From positions 62,001 to 126,000 of the forward strand of contig JAQGDQ010000119.1 in assembly GCA_030141605.1 (NCBI GenBank): a DNA stretch of 64,000 bases, read 5' to 3'. The position numbers and the translations under genes are program-made. Below the pieces are notes generated by a model that was not told the DNA's origin, made no database searches, and saw only the letters and a program-made list of their open reading frames with translations. Origin of the DNA: Tubiluchus corallicola (taxonomy: Eukaryota; Animalia; Priapulida). Each line of letters opens with the position of its first letter. Position 1 is the stretch's first letter. Below, one piece after another: positions 43,943 through 57,920 of the stretch.

Positions 43943-44519
43943 ACCTACCACGCAGTGCGAAGTGATGCATTGTTCTTTTTATTTTGCCTAATGCTATTCA
44001 TTGCTTCTTTCTTTGGATTTTTTATAAAAGCTATGCTTACACCTTGCAGGTTCATGTAAATATGTAATGTTCTCAAACAAGTAAATTAAAATTGACAAAA
44101 ACCCCTGGTAATGTTGATGAACAATTTCAATTCAATTCTGTTTTATTTGCACAAATACATACAATGTACATTGGCACATTGGCAAAGCATTATAAAACAC
44201 GTTAAATACTACATAAACCGAAAAAAATTACAATAGGCTGTATGCAAAGTTATTTTTCTAGACAAATATTAAGATGTAGTATACTGATACAAAATTAAAA
44301 TTGTATAATTTAGCAATGAAAAGAAAAAAGCGACTTTAAAGTAGTAGGTATCTGTACCAGCTTTTTAAAAGAAAGATCATAAAAAGTAAAATAATGGGAG
44401 TTGAAAATAATTCTGGTTAGAGTCTGCTGCCATAGTATTGATTTCTTCTTCCCTGGGGATCGGAGTTGTTGCCAAATTAAGTTACTTGCATTGATGTCAT
44501 AGATGTATAAAGTGTAACC

Positions 44520-45210
44520 AGAAAGCCTACAAAAGAAACAAAGAAACAGTATTAAAAACAAAGTCAACAAAAGAAACAGTATTAAAAACAAAGCCTACAA
44601 AAGAAACAAGGAAAGAGTATTAAAAACAAAGTCTACAAAAGAAACAGTATTAAAAACAACGCCTACAAAAGAAACAAGGAAAGAGTGTTAAAAACAAAGT
44701 CTACAAAAGAAACAGTATTAAAAACAAAGTCTACAAAAGAAACAGTATTAAAAACAAAGCCTACAAAAGAAACAAAGAAAGAATATTAAAAACAAAGTCT
44801 ACAAAAGAAACAGTATTAAAAACAAAGCCTACAAAAGAAACAAGGAAAGAGTATTAAAAACAAAGTCTACAAAAGAAACAGTATTAAAAACAAAGTCTAC
44901 AAAAGAAACAGTATTAAAAACAAAGCCTACAAAAGAAACAAGGAAAGAGTATTAAAAACAAAGCCTACAAAGGAAATAGTATTAAAAACAAAGCCGACAA
45001 AAGAAACAAAGAAACAGTAGTAAAACAATGCCTACAAAAGAAACAAAGAAACAGTATTAAAAACAAAGCCCACCAAAAAACAGTGCTAAAAACAAAGCTT
45101 ACAAAAGAAACGAAGAAACAGTGCTAAAAAACAAAGCCTACAAAAGAAACAAAGAAGCAGTATTGAAACAAAGCTTACAGAAACACAAAGAAACAGTATT
45201 AAAAACAATT
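44520..45210. repeat. A-rich 30/39-bp minisatellite (aaagcctacaaaagaaacagtattaaaaac)
   Basis: Direct inspection. Confidence 0.9.
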
Positions 45211-48200
45211 AACAACTATACATTAACAGACATTAACAGTGTTTAGTTGTTGCACGCCAGCGTAAATCAATTTTGCAGCTTCCTGTACCTTTTTTCAAAT
45301 GAATGAAACTTAATTAATTGTCATGGGGATGTTGGTTTAATTCAGACTACGCGTCACGCAATGTAATTGTGCTGTTTAGAAAATTGTAAAATGTTTGTAA
45401 AATGCTTACTGCGCATGTCCCTTGTTTGTTGATGCCGAATCACGTGACGTTCTGTGCGTGCCGGTTTTTATAATGGTGCCTAATCATTTAATCGAAACCC
45501 TTGTATAGAAAAGTTTGGACAAGATTAGTTATTTCATTAAAATTCCGTGTTTTAACCATATACAGTAGGCAACGTTTATTAGACTCACGGTTAATACAAT
45601 CAATTGCTTAACTGACTTAAAAAAGTCTAGTACAAACTGTTCCTATTTCATTTGGCGATTTCATTTGCGATTCTTAATTAAGTACTATAATAATAATAAT
45701 AATTTAACATGTGCTGCCACCTACATTTAAAATTATTTATTATTGAACTTAGTCAAGTTTCTCCAGGTTGTGGCCTTGGTCTGTGCTGCTCAGTCACCTG
45801 TACCTGCTGGGCTTCCCATATATGGTAGTGCTGACTGCTAGTGTGTTTTACTAGCCAATCAGGTGAGCTCACTTGGTGCATGTGAATTGGATAACTCTGC
45901 CAAGGCCAGCTGTTTTTTTTTCTTTTTGAGCACTGCGGTTGAATGGTCATCAGCGTCTTCTTGTAAATACTAGGGTAATATGTAAATAGAAGTAAAGTCT
46001 TTCACAGTTCAACACAATTTCATAGTTTTGTTTCAACCACCAGAGGGAAGGACTTTACAACAGGCTACACTAACTTCGGTCCAATATACTTCAAGCTCTC
46101 TACAAATTCAACCCTTCTAATCTGTCAGTTAAAAGTTTTCTACACTGTCCAAATGTATCTAAAAACCTCCGGCAGTTGATTCGAATAACTCCGCATATTT
46201 GACTCAACATTTTTCCTTCACGTACTCAAAATAAGACGCTTGTGTGTGCCCAAATAGCTTTTACCGCTTTATGGTCATCTTTACGTCGATTTTGTGCACT
46301 ATAATATACGTAGAAACAGTCATATTAAGTACAGCTTTGTTTGTAACCACGTATGTTTATCATGTACTAATATGCTAACTATATACAGTATGCACATATA
46401 TACATACACACACACACACACACACATGTATATATGTGTGTGTGTGTGTGTGCGCGCATGTGTGTGTGTGGACTATATGCTATATACTATGTGTAAACTA
46501 TGTATATATAGTTTATTGACAAACTAAACATTTTCTGCTGCCGTCTAATTTAGCAAAAATACAAGATATATAACAATTTGTCCAGGGACAAGCAAAACGC
46601 ATCATTATACGAAATAGAATTTTAGTGCGATATTAATTACAATCGCGAAGTTTCGAATTAATTATAAGATAATTAATTCCACAAAATTGATCAAGTTTAT
46701 GCAAATATTTGCCTTTATTTATAATGAGTTGTGTCATAAAAGAGTTGACATCTTGAACATAATCAGTGTATTTAGTTTCTGGACATTCTAGCAGTGGCTG
46801 CTCCTGTATAGGTATTGTGGAACTGCGCGCCCCCTATTTTCACGCAGTATTATCGATAATGTCCAATACGATAAGTCTTTTTTCTTTCTTTATCTTTGTA
46901 CGGAACCAGAGCACGTGAGGGTAGTACTGTTTGCTTCACAGCCCAGCACAGTGCGGTCCAGCGATGCAGTGTTTGGCTGTCCTGCGCATGCGACCATCCA
47001 CTGTTTGTGGTCAGTTGTCACGTGCTTACCGTGAATGGATCAAGCTTGAACTACGACAATTTAGGCTATTAGTAAAAGGAAATAGTTTTTTTTTTGTTTA
47101 GGATTTATCACATTTATCTCTAAACTTTCGTATGCATGTTTGTTTAAAATTACAAATTACAACATTAAAAATGCATATTTTTGTTTCGTTTTACACAGTA
47201 TTAAAACAACGGCTAAAATTTTTCTGAAGCAGTACCCTCACTAATTTTAGCTAAGAGCGCGTTTCTGCATTCTAAGACCGCACGAGTAAGAGTTTGAACA
47301 GCATTCAAATCACAAAACTGACATTCTATTTTACCATCTGGTCCTGCGCCACCTGCTGGTCTGAATTCGTAGGTAGTGGTTTCCTACTCTGAGTCTCGAA
47401 ATGATTATCCTGTAATGTTCGGTAAGAATGCTGTTATCATAAACTAAGGAGGGTTTGGTCAGCTCGGGGTTTGAACTACAATTTACTTAGGCAAACGAAT
47501 CTGAAAGTTACAGCTCAACTTTCTTTCTTGTCAGACTAACGGTGCGGACATTGGTAGTTCAAAATAACTAATTCATTTATATAGTTTTTTAAAATAATAA
47601 CCATTCAAATACTTAACGAATTAATAAAAACATTATCTAAAGATCTGTCGTTATTTTCTTATTATAAGAATTTGCTTGATAATCATAAAACGTTAAAAAA
47701 ACGACTGTTAGCTGCGCTTACAAAATTTTTTTTTATGAAAAAATTTAAGGTTAATGGGATTTAAAAGATAAATTTAAGAAAATGAGTTACTTACTCGAGT
47801 TATAATACCAAACTTATTTTTAATTTTCGTTATTACATTTCAATTACACTTTATATGGTTTATTTTTACAAGTTCATGTTTTTTAATTGGTCCTGCCGTC
47901 GATTTGAATTTCTTTGTAAATGTTCGCTACATTTTGCTATGTGAAATCTTGATCGATCTTCTATAGTCTGTCTAATCTATAATGTCAGACAAGTATTTCT
48001 GGAAAACTCTCAAAACTTGCAGCGTCTTTGGCATCTCACTGTTCAGTCGCGCTGGTTCATCACTTTTTCTAGGCTTACCGTGAAGCATTTGGTTTTTACG
48101 AAATTGAAATCTCAAGCGAATATTTTTTTCTTTTGTTCAGTAATTCAGCGATACTTTATACTGGAATTTGTAACCCTTATAAGCCTAAGTTCCTCAACAA

Positions 48201-48234
48201 TGATGACTGAAACAGACAGCAACTGAAGTTACGA

Positions 48235-48530
<296 letters not shown>

Positions 48531-49004
48531 CGGTAATGGCAAAACTTTAAATCACAAAGGTGACGGCAATGGTATCTGCGACGATAACGACATTATTTCA
48601 AAAGTTCAAACGCTTTTTTTCCTGCATCCATTTCTCCGTTTCCGTTGATAGCTTGTCCACATCATCACTTTCTTTCTAACCTTTCCACATCTCAGTTACC
48701 ACAGCTGACATCATTATTTACCTGTAATTACCAACCTGTGATTGTGTTGAGAAGCTGCAGCACAGCAATCAATGTCTCATGTAGCCTCTTAATTACACAA
48801 TGTTTCCAGAATCAAGAGACAGCAAGATTACGCCAAAGCATGATTGATGTGGTCTGAATACAACGAGAAACCATCTAGATGACCAGGGAATTGAGACTCA
48901 AGCTAAAAACAAACCGCTGATGGCCGTCGTAGTCATCATTGCTGCAGTCATTGTTATTATCATCGGTCCTATCATCGACATCGTCACTATTATCATCACC
49001 AATT

Positions 49005-49305
49005 TTTATCATCATCATCAACAAGCGTTATCATCTTCATCATCGTCATCATCATCATCATCATCATCAACACTATCTTCAACATCATCATCAACATCAA
49101 CATCATCATCTTCATCATCATCATCATCATCATCATTATCATCATCAACAACAACAACACTATCATCATCATCAGCAGCAGCATCATCATCGTCATCATC
49201 ATCAACAACAACAACAACGCTATCATCATCAGCATCATCAGCATCAACAGCAACAACAACGATAACAACACTACCATCATCATCATCATCATCATCATCA
49301 CCATC
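49005..49305. repeat. (CAT)n/(CAA)n microsatellite
   Basis: Direct inspection. Confidence 0.9.
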
Positions 49306-49711
49306 AATAAATGAAAATAGTGTAGACCAAAACTTTCATAGGTCTAAATGATGATAGGTGCATGTTTTTGATTGTCTAGCCAATGGTTTTCGTGACACAA
49401 TTTTGCACTTATTATGGTGATAACTGAGTAGAACTACCACCATTTTAGCTGCGCCGGTACGCCTTGTTCCTAATTCCCAGTGACACAAAAGTATGCGCAA
49501 GGACAATTACATTACAAAGATTTCCACCATTGCCTAATGGACAAACTTCGTTCCGAATTCACCAACGCCCTCGTGAACGTTCACGGACAATAAAACGCTT
49601 TTCGTAAATAAAGCTAAAAATGCGTCTATAAGTCTTATATCACTTACGTGCTGTCTTATTGCATACAGAGCTTGCGTTAGCAGTATTGTTGCTCAAGATT
49701 TGTAAATCTAA

Positions 49712-50189
49712 AGGAAGACAGGATTTTTTTCCATATATTACCCCATTTCAAAGTCCGATAAAAAGTACACACTTTAACACAATTAATAATGTAAAAGCGG
49801 TTCTGATAAATAAATAATAGATTAAAAACTTAAGTAACGGCGCCCCTGTATTGATGACAGCGAAAATTGAAATAGTTCTACTGCAAGATATTCAGTGTGT
49901 TGCACTAAAACTAGGCAAGTTTTAAGATAAAAATTCAAATTTTAAATTTACCGCTGTGCTCACACAGGATCTGTCGAACGTGTACACTACGTCGCAAACT
50001 AATACATCTGAACTGAGTGGTACAGCACCTGTTTTTTGTTCAATGCATTTCCGAAATGCAGGTGAAATTGCTTTTGTTTCTAATAATTCTTTCACGTAAG
50101 TCATTTTTGAAAAAAATTTATGTTTCCTTTGAATGTTTTAAATATTAGGTTGTTTTGACCTACAGTTTAAGATGGGGTCCGATTTTGCT
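49712..50189 (-). mobile_element. Kolobok-like element (family A), internally deleted
   Basis: CTAA|AGGAAGAC...TTTTGCT|TTAA; reverse-complement match to 61914-62535. Confidence 0.75.
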
Positions 50190-50964
50190 TTAAACTCCCA
50201 ACATAAAGTGCAGCCATTTCGGAAAGTCGTGGGAAACCAATTTAAATACCATTGTGTAACATTTGTAATTGAGAATTCTTCTTTTCCAGTTACATAGCAT
50301 TTACATAACTTTATATGGAAACTCTTTTGGGATATATTCTAAAATACTTCATGCTTAAGCGCTCCCATTTTGAGTTCCTTTGCTTCCACCAATGACGTCG
50401 TTCATCGACTGAATAAAAGCAACCCAAAGTCAATTTCCTCCAAAACTAAAAAAGTACAAAAAATGGTTGCAGAAACCCACGTTGCACTTATGAAAAGTCA
50501 CAAAGTCCACCAATTACGTCAAATCAATGGCAGCTGCCACCGCATCTAAAAATTCTATACAACGGTAGTACATTTTAGATTTGTGCTTTATACACACTTT
50601 TTACAAATTTTTTTAAGTGTAAGTAATAACTAATAGAGCAAGATTTAAATTATGTTAAACAATTAAAAAATAATTAAATTAACTAAATTGTTGTAAATTA
50701 TAATCATGTAACCACTTGCTCAAATTTCTTGCCTATAAATCTTCTATGACACTTTAACTCACGATATATGTAAAGAAGCATTTCCTGTTAAGATCCAAGT
50801 GTCTCTGAAAGGTGAATGACGACTGATGTGCATTAGTACTTAAGGATTAACAGTCATTGGTGTCAGCACGTGGGTAAGATGTAAGGAATAAACACTATCC
50901 AATTAACGCCCTTGGTACATGTTTTGATCACTGGACCAATCAACATTCAACTAAACTTGGTCAG

Positions 50965-51107
50965 CCAGCAGAAGACATTACCATGGTGACAAATCAGCCG
51001 AAGACATTACCATGGTGACAAGTCAGTAGAAGCCGTTACCATGGTGACTAGTCAGCAGAAGACGTTACCATGGTGACAAGTCAGCAGAGTTCCGTTGCTA
51101 GGGAAAG
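50965..51107. promoter_or_regulatory. 29-bp tandem repeat forming an array of RFX X-box-like palindromes
   Basis: (A/G)TTACCATGGTGAC at 50977, 51006, 51035 and 51064, plus GTTGCTAGGGAAAG at 51094; CCAAT at 50936 and CACGTG at 50867 nearby. Confidence 0.5.
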
Positions 51108-51389
51108 TTATTTATAACTATGTAACTGCATGTAAAGGGCTGCAGGGAGGTAGCTGACAGTTAAGATTCTGGATTTCATTGCCGTGTGCTTCACTACCGT
51201 GTATTGCTCTTTACAAGACTTTTCCGGGTTATTATTATTATAAGACTTTTATTTGCACACAAATACAAGTTATAGTACAGTATGTACAAGTGCTGCCCTC
51301 TGTTTGTAGAACAAAAGTACTTAACGGTAAATACAGTTAAACCGGAAGTTAGATATTTCATATATAAGTTAATATCACAATTTTATCTA

Positions 51390-51780
51390 TCAATTTATCT
51401 AATAATATCTATATTAGTATAACAATTTGGCTTTCCTATTCTGAGAAAATTATTTATAAAGTTTTTCATTAAATTAGCCAGAAAGTCGTCCATTGCTAAA
51501 TTGATAAATGCTTTTAAAATTTCTGTTTTTCGTTCGTCTATAATGTGATTTATATCTAATGTTGGTAATTTATCTGTTAAGGCATTTCTTTTGGTTGTGC
51601 CCACTAGGTGGCATTCAAACAATTAATGATGCGAAGTTTGTCTACCATTCATACATTCGCATGTATCAGTATTTGCATATCCAATACGGTACAAAAATTC
51701 TTTGAAATTACATTGTCCAGCTAAAAGGCAAAACGTAAATCTTTCTATTTTTCTTTCTCTTAGACTGATGGGAATATCCA
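51390..51780 (-). mobile_element. LINE ORF2 C-terminal relic
   Basis: FLYRIGYANTDTCECMNGRQTSHH*LFEC, a degenerate CCHC knuckle. Confidence 0.55.
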
Positions 51781-52477
51781 GATTGTCAAGATGTGTTGTG
51801 TCTATCTACTACAATAAATCTGTACAATCTGTTTAAAGGAAAACCGAATGATTGTGTAAATACGATTTCAGAATAAAAAATGCTTTAAAATATTGAAAAC
51901 TACAATAGCTTATTTTAAATCAAAGCTGAGATTAAATAATAATTACCTCGGATACTCAAATTTCGTTAAACTTTCAAAGTTAAACTTTCAGTGAATCTAC
52001 TAAGATTGGCAGCGGCGCCTTTTTGTCACATTCGCATGGCCGACAAATAGAAGGCGGTACCATGATAAGCATGATCATGAACTGCAGTGTTAGTTTCTGA
52101 CGTCATACGATGTAAAGCTCTTTTGCGTGACATCATGCGTTTAAGCAGTACTGTCACACCTATGCAAATGTGCATGACGCACAATGGAAGACGCCTGCGA
52201 TTGCACAAACTGTAGCTAGTTTCTGACGTAATCAATAGCTGTGTTCTGTTGCCGTTAATTAACTGTCTAGGCTAATTATTCAAATATAATGAACAATTGC
52301 TAAACTTTTATAGGCAGGAATATGTATATTTTGGACAGTAAATTAAAATGGGATTGAGTCTAAACAATCGTCCGGTCTTCCTTTAATAGTTTGCTGTTTA
52401 TGCTCAATCATCAAAGGCTGTTATAATTTATAAAACCTCCCATACGCCTCCAGCATCATTATACCAGTAAAACAAGC

Positions 52478-53064
52478 AAGGGATGTTATCGATAATTATC
52501 GAATATCGTATCGATACCAAAAATTTGTTTTTATCGTTATTGTATCGCTTTTGGTTTGCATCGTTGCTAATCGCTCACCTTTATAAAATCGCTTCACTTT
52601 GCTTTTCAATTTACTTGCAGGAATTGAGCAAAACAGTGGATAAAAAGAATTATTTAAAATCATAAGTTTGTCAGTCGTATGCATTTGCACATGCGGATGT
52701 CGAATACAGTGTTCCGTATTTTGGTGTCATCGTCCGAACATGCGTAATTGTGCAGCTCACAGAGATAAATCTTTATATCGTAGTAATCTATGTATCTGTC
52801 GCAGTTTACTTACTTATGAATCATTATAACAACGAAGCAGAAAATTTCGTCGTAGTCACGTAATGATTACATAAATGGTTTAATTATTAGAGATACTTTT
52901 TCTGTTGTTGCATGAATTTTCTAACTTCGATATCGTTTTTATCGCTCGAAATAATTTAGCGTATCGTATCATCTAAAAGTGGATTATCGTTATCGTATCG
53001 TTGGATAAAAGTGTCGTATCTTATCGTTATCGTATCGCCAAATTTATATCGTTTAAAATCCCTA
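52478..53064. mobile_element. hAT-like MITE with TATCG subterminal repeats
   Basis: AGGGATGTTATCGATA...TATCGTTTAAAATCCCTA; degenerate 8-bp flanks aaacaagc/aaataaga. Confidence 0.65.
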
Positions 53065-53455
53065 AAATAAGAGTAACATGCGAAGTGACTTGTTCTTTCA
53101 TTTAAGCTCTATTTTTCAACTCTTTCTATAGCTGTTGGATCTTTCTACTGGTGTGCATATATTTAAACGGGTTTAAGCTTCCTGCACTTGTGTTTTCTCC
53201 ATTCTTGATTTTTCGAGGACGGAATAGTGCAAACAGTCGCTATAGGCGGGCCATTTGCTTAAGTAAACAGACGCTGTTTGATGGAAAATAAATTCAGCGC
53301 AAACTTAGACAGAGATGTCATCAAATTTAGAGAAAACGTTAATTTGTGCAAACGTTATGATTTTTGAAAAACTGAAAATTTAAAACTGGCAAGACACAGC
53401 ATGTGAAAATTCGTCTATGGCTGATTTTTGTAACATTGTGGTCATTTACTGTAAC

Positions 53456-53874
53456 CAGTGGCGTATTAACCAAAAGGGTAACTAGGCAATAGCCTAGAAC
53501 GTCAAACTTTGAGGGGCGTCATATTTTAGAAAAAATTCTTTTTCTACTCGAAAAATGTGTATATTTTCATATTCATGTAGAGGGCACATTTTATAACACA
53601 CCACAGGCGGTTACTGAGTGCTGCTTGATATAAGCGCCATGTAACAAACAGGTACAAGATATTACACAACAAACAGTTGCGCAGCCTGCTTCAATACAAG
53701 CGCTATGCAAATACATGTAATTAATAATGATCACGTAGAAACTAGGTTAATAGTGTTTCTAATACACCACAAGTAATTACTTAACAAGCTCATTACATAA
53801 GTAACCATAAATTCACAATAGAGAATCGCGGGACAAAACTGAGCCTACGGCAAGTAAAGACTTGATACGCCCTG
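53456..53874. mobile_element. hAT-like non-autonomous element
   Basis: CAGTGGCGTA...TACGCCCTG ends; related copies at ~40590-41060 and ~33900-33981. Confidence 0.6.
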
Positions 53875-53989
53875 AGTATAAACAATCACAGTGCACAAAA
53901 ACCCTTTACTTACATAAAGCTCAAGTTCATATTGAAATTTTGTACCACCCCGTGTTGCCTAATACTGCATAATATAACTATTACAAGTG

Positions 53990-54275
53990 TTTTGGACCAC
54001 AGTTTACGGTTTTTTGGACCATACTTTACGATATTTTTAATCATATTTCACAGTTTTTTGGACCATACTTTACAGTTTTTTTACCATATTTAACAGTTTT
54101 TTGGACCACACTTTACAGTTTCTTACCATACTTTACGTTTTTTGGACCACACTTTACAGTTTCTTACCATACTTTACGTTTTTTGAACCGTACTTTACCG
54201 TTTTTTGGACCATACTCTACGGTTTTTTGGACCATATTTAACCGTTTTTTGGACCATACATTTTTTTTGGTCCAG
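53990..54275. repeat. ~22-bp minisatellite (ttttttggaccatactttacag)
   Basis: Direct inspection. Confidence 0.85.
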
Positions 54276-54596
54276 AAGAAACGTTTCCCCAAACTAACTC
54301 ACAACCCTTCATCCTGGTAGAAGTACCTCACATCCTGTGGTCCGTTTTCTCCTCCTTCCAAAGTGCTACATACCTCCGTCTATGGTCCTACCAAGCGTCC
54401 CTAGGACGTATTTTCTGCATAATTTTGCAGGGGGGAAACATAATCAGGGTATTTTTTAAAAAAGAAGAAACATTAATAAGGCTCTTGTTAATTTTGCAAA
54501 AGACTGTTTTGTCATATCAGTTTGTAAAGAGATGCAAAAGGGTTAAATGCATAATACAATATAAATAATACATATATATATATATATGTGTATGTG

Positions 54597-54640
<44 letters not shown>

Positions 54641-55262
54641 TGTGTGCGTGCGTGTGTGTCTGTGTGTGTGTGTATATATATATGTATGTATGTGCTAGCT
54701 AAAATTTATATACATATATGTATATTTCTATACATGTATGTATAACTCAGGCAAAATTTTCCCTGGTTTTATGGTAAAGTCCTTGTTCTTATATATTTGT
54801 AAGTAAAGCGCGCATGTAGAAAAGTTCGTCATTTTTAATACTTTCCTAATAGTATAATCCAAATAATCCCAGTGATTGGATTCTGTTATTATGAACTTTA
54901 ATTATCATAAATAATTGCTAAAATGTTTTATAACCAAGTTTGTGGTACATGTATTAAGGACATAATTATAATTGACCGTGTTGTATCTATACTCTTATAT
55001 CATGATACAGTGCAGAATTATCGGCGTGCAATTAGAGGCCTTGCATGTATATATGTGTATCTATTGGGCAAATAAAGATTTATCGTCATAATCATGACAT
55101 ACAATCATGCAATGTTCCTCTAAGAACGGCCATTTTTTCTGTTTGTTGAAATAACGCAAAAATGTGCTACGGCGATTTGTACGGGGCCGAGAGGAACTTT
55201 GGAAGAGGAGAAATCAGGCTACAAGGAAATACAGTCTCCTTTACAAACGCCTCTATCAGAAT

Positions 55263-55766
55263 CAGTGGCGGTTCGTAGCTAATATTAGTGTGGAGGCGCT
55301 GCTTCAGAAAATTTTGAACTATTGTTTTAATACTGGGTAAAACCAAACAAAATTATATAATTTTAAAGTTGTAATTTGTAACTCTAATTTTAAACAAACA
55401 AACACACGAAAGAAAGTTTATACAAAATCTTCATAAATTCCTAAACAAAGAGCTTACTAAAAGCCTACATTGTCGCAGTTTAAGCTTGGTTCATTCACAG
55501 TAAGCACGTGACAACAAACTGTGTGAGCGACAGTACTTTCTCTACCTCGGCTCAACATGTGTACAACAGCAAAACACCGCGTTGCTGGAGCGCCCTGTAC
55601 TGGGCTGTGATGCAAACAGTAGTACTAGCCGCATGTGCTCTGGTTCCGTACAAGTATAAAGATAGAATTAGACAAAAAGGACTTATTGTATCAAATATTA
55701 TCGATAATATTGAGTGAAAATAGGGAATTTTGCTGTTCCACAATACCTATACAGGAGCCGCCACTG
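55263..55766 (+). mobile_element. hAT-type non-autonomous element, full length
   Basis: TIR CAGTGGCGGTTC / GAGCCGCCACTG and perfect 8-bp TSD ATCAGAAT (55255-55262, 55767-55774). Partial copies at ~16540-16801, 18740-19150, 28690-29285, 46792-47260 (-) and 59114-59640. Confidence 0.9.
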
Positions 55767-56084
55767 ATCAGAATGAACGGTTACCAGATGATTCGGGGAA
55801 ACTTTTTTCTTGTCGACCCTGTACATGTACATTGGACTTGTTGCCGCTAGCAAAATCACTGCATTTGAAGTCTACTGGTTAATCTATGATCCAGAACGAA
55901 GTGGTGCGAATATCGTGCGTCACGCCAGCAGTGATTTCAATTACTTCGCTCAGGATATCAGTAATCAAACGTGAGCGGTTTCTATTGGTTTGTTTATAGA
56001 ATGAAGTGAGCTAGGTTTACTCAGACATATCAGATACTAGGACAAACAGTGCTGGACTTTTCTTTAGGAAATGTATTGTGAGTT

Positions 56085-56226
56085 GATGGATGGATGGATG
56101 GATGGATGGATGGATGGATGGATGGATGGATGGATGGATGGATGGATGGATGGATGGATGGATGGATGGATGGATGGATGGATGGATGGATGGATGGATG
56201 GATGGATAGATGAATGGATGGGATGG
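56085..56226. repeat. (GGAT)n microsatellite
   Basis: Direct inspection. Confidence 0.95.
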
Positions 56227-57228
56227 AACGATGAGTAGATAGACGGACGTAGAATAGATTGATGGGAACAATTGTAAGCGAACGAAAAAATAAATTGTTG
56301 AAAACAGCGAGGTCTAAATTGTGGATGAAACAATGAATGTTTGAATTAATAAATGAATCAATTAATAAATAAACGAGTGTACAATAAATCAACGAATAAA
56401 TGAATTCACGAATTCATCCTCGCTTTATTTTGTCTTTTTCGCTCATTCATTCAGCCGTTCATCATTAGTAACTCGCCAGTTGCTATTATTCATACTGCTT
56501 CTTAGAATTCATTAGTCTAGTTAGCCTTCTTTCATTTATGTGTTTGATTATTTGTTTGTCCGTTTACCGCTGCCTTCATTCCTTCTTTGATTTATTTATT
56601 CATTCTTGCTCTTATTTATTCCTTAATTCATTTAGTCGTTTGTTAGTTTACTCAGCTAGTCGCTCATTCGCTCATTCTAATGTCAACTGCTTCTCAGTTG
56701 TTCCTACAATTTTTATCTATCTGTCTGTCTGTCTGTCCGCCCACCCGCTCACCCGTCCATCCGTCCGCTCGTCAGTCTGTCCCGTTGATTCATATACTCC
56801 TCGATACCTTCAGGCAAGCTTTTACTTTAAAGGACAAGAAAAAGCACTCTTCATAAGCAAAGCTTAAAAAATCGTCTTGAAATTTTATACCACTTACATG
56901 CTGCCTTATTACATACGGAGATTGCATTAGCAGTAACGTTATAAAATTCTTATATATTTAAACACCTGCGGTGACTGTTAGGCACAGCCATTTTAACGGC
57001 TAAAGGTCCTTTTACACAAATTTAGATGACATTGTATAAAGTTTGAAAAAAATAATCAGAGCATTAGCGACACACTCGTCACTAACTGAGCAAATTTCTA
57101 AATTACTTTATATCGTCAATAATACCAATAATATGTTTTTTGTGAAGAAGTGGTGCACACTGGGATGGTGAGTCAGTGACGCTTTACCAGATGGCACGAA
57201 TATGTAGCTTTTTGGCAATAGAGAATGC

Positions 57229-57317
<89 letters not shown>

Positions 57318-57548
57318 TTTTAAATTACTAAGAATTTTCTTTTCTACTCAAATAAGTCTTTCAAGCAGGTAACAGAAATGGGAAGGTTTTTCGGGACATG
57401 CTTTAAAATTGCGTTTCTTCCCTGTTATTGTCCTGACATGAATTAATTTGCTATCAGAGTGAACACTGAGCAAGACAAAAGAAGCCATAAATAAGACTTA
57501 CGGCAAAACAGCCAAAGCTGTGAACATTCTGATTTTACAAAATAGCAA

Positions 57549-57920
57549 TAAGCCATTTCACAGTTCCAGCGATTGATGATGACTGTGAAAAGGTCAAAGG
57601 TGAAGTGCACCAGACAACGCATTTGTGTACACTTGACAACGCCTCGCAGCCCACGCTATTGTAATAGTAACGGTTTGAACAGCTAGATAGAGCCTTGCCT
57701 AGTTCATATTTGCTTGTTCCTAAACAAGATTCTGCTAGTAAATTACTCTAGGCACAGACTAATGTATGATTAGATAAAGTTCACGTAAAAGAACTGAAGT
57801 TACTGAACTGATGTGGCAGACGTCACGTGACGGTTGTACTTAAGACACGTTGCTGTGGTACACTTAACCTTTAACCCGCAGCAACTGCGCGTGCGTACAA
57901 CGAAACTGTGAAAAGGCTTA
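57549..57920. mobile_element. MITE family with TAAGCCTTTTCACAGTT TIRs (PIF/Harbinger-like ends)
   Basis: TIR TAAGCCATTTCACAGTT / AACTGTGAAAAGGCTTA; copies at 30693-31007, 39378-39757 and 41906-42283. Confidence 0.8.
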
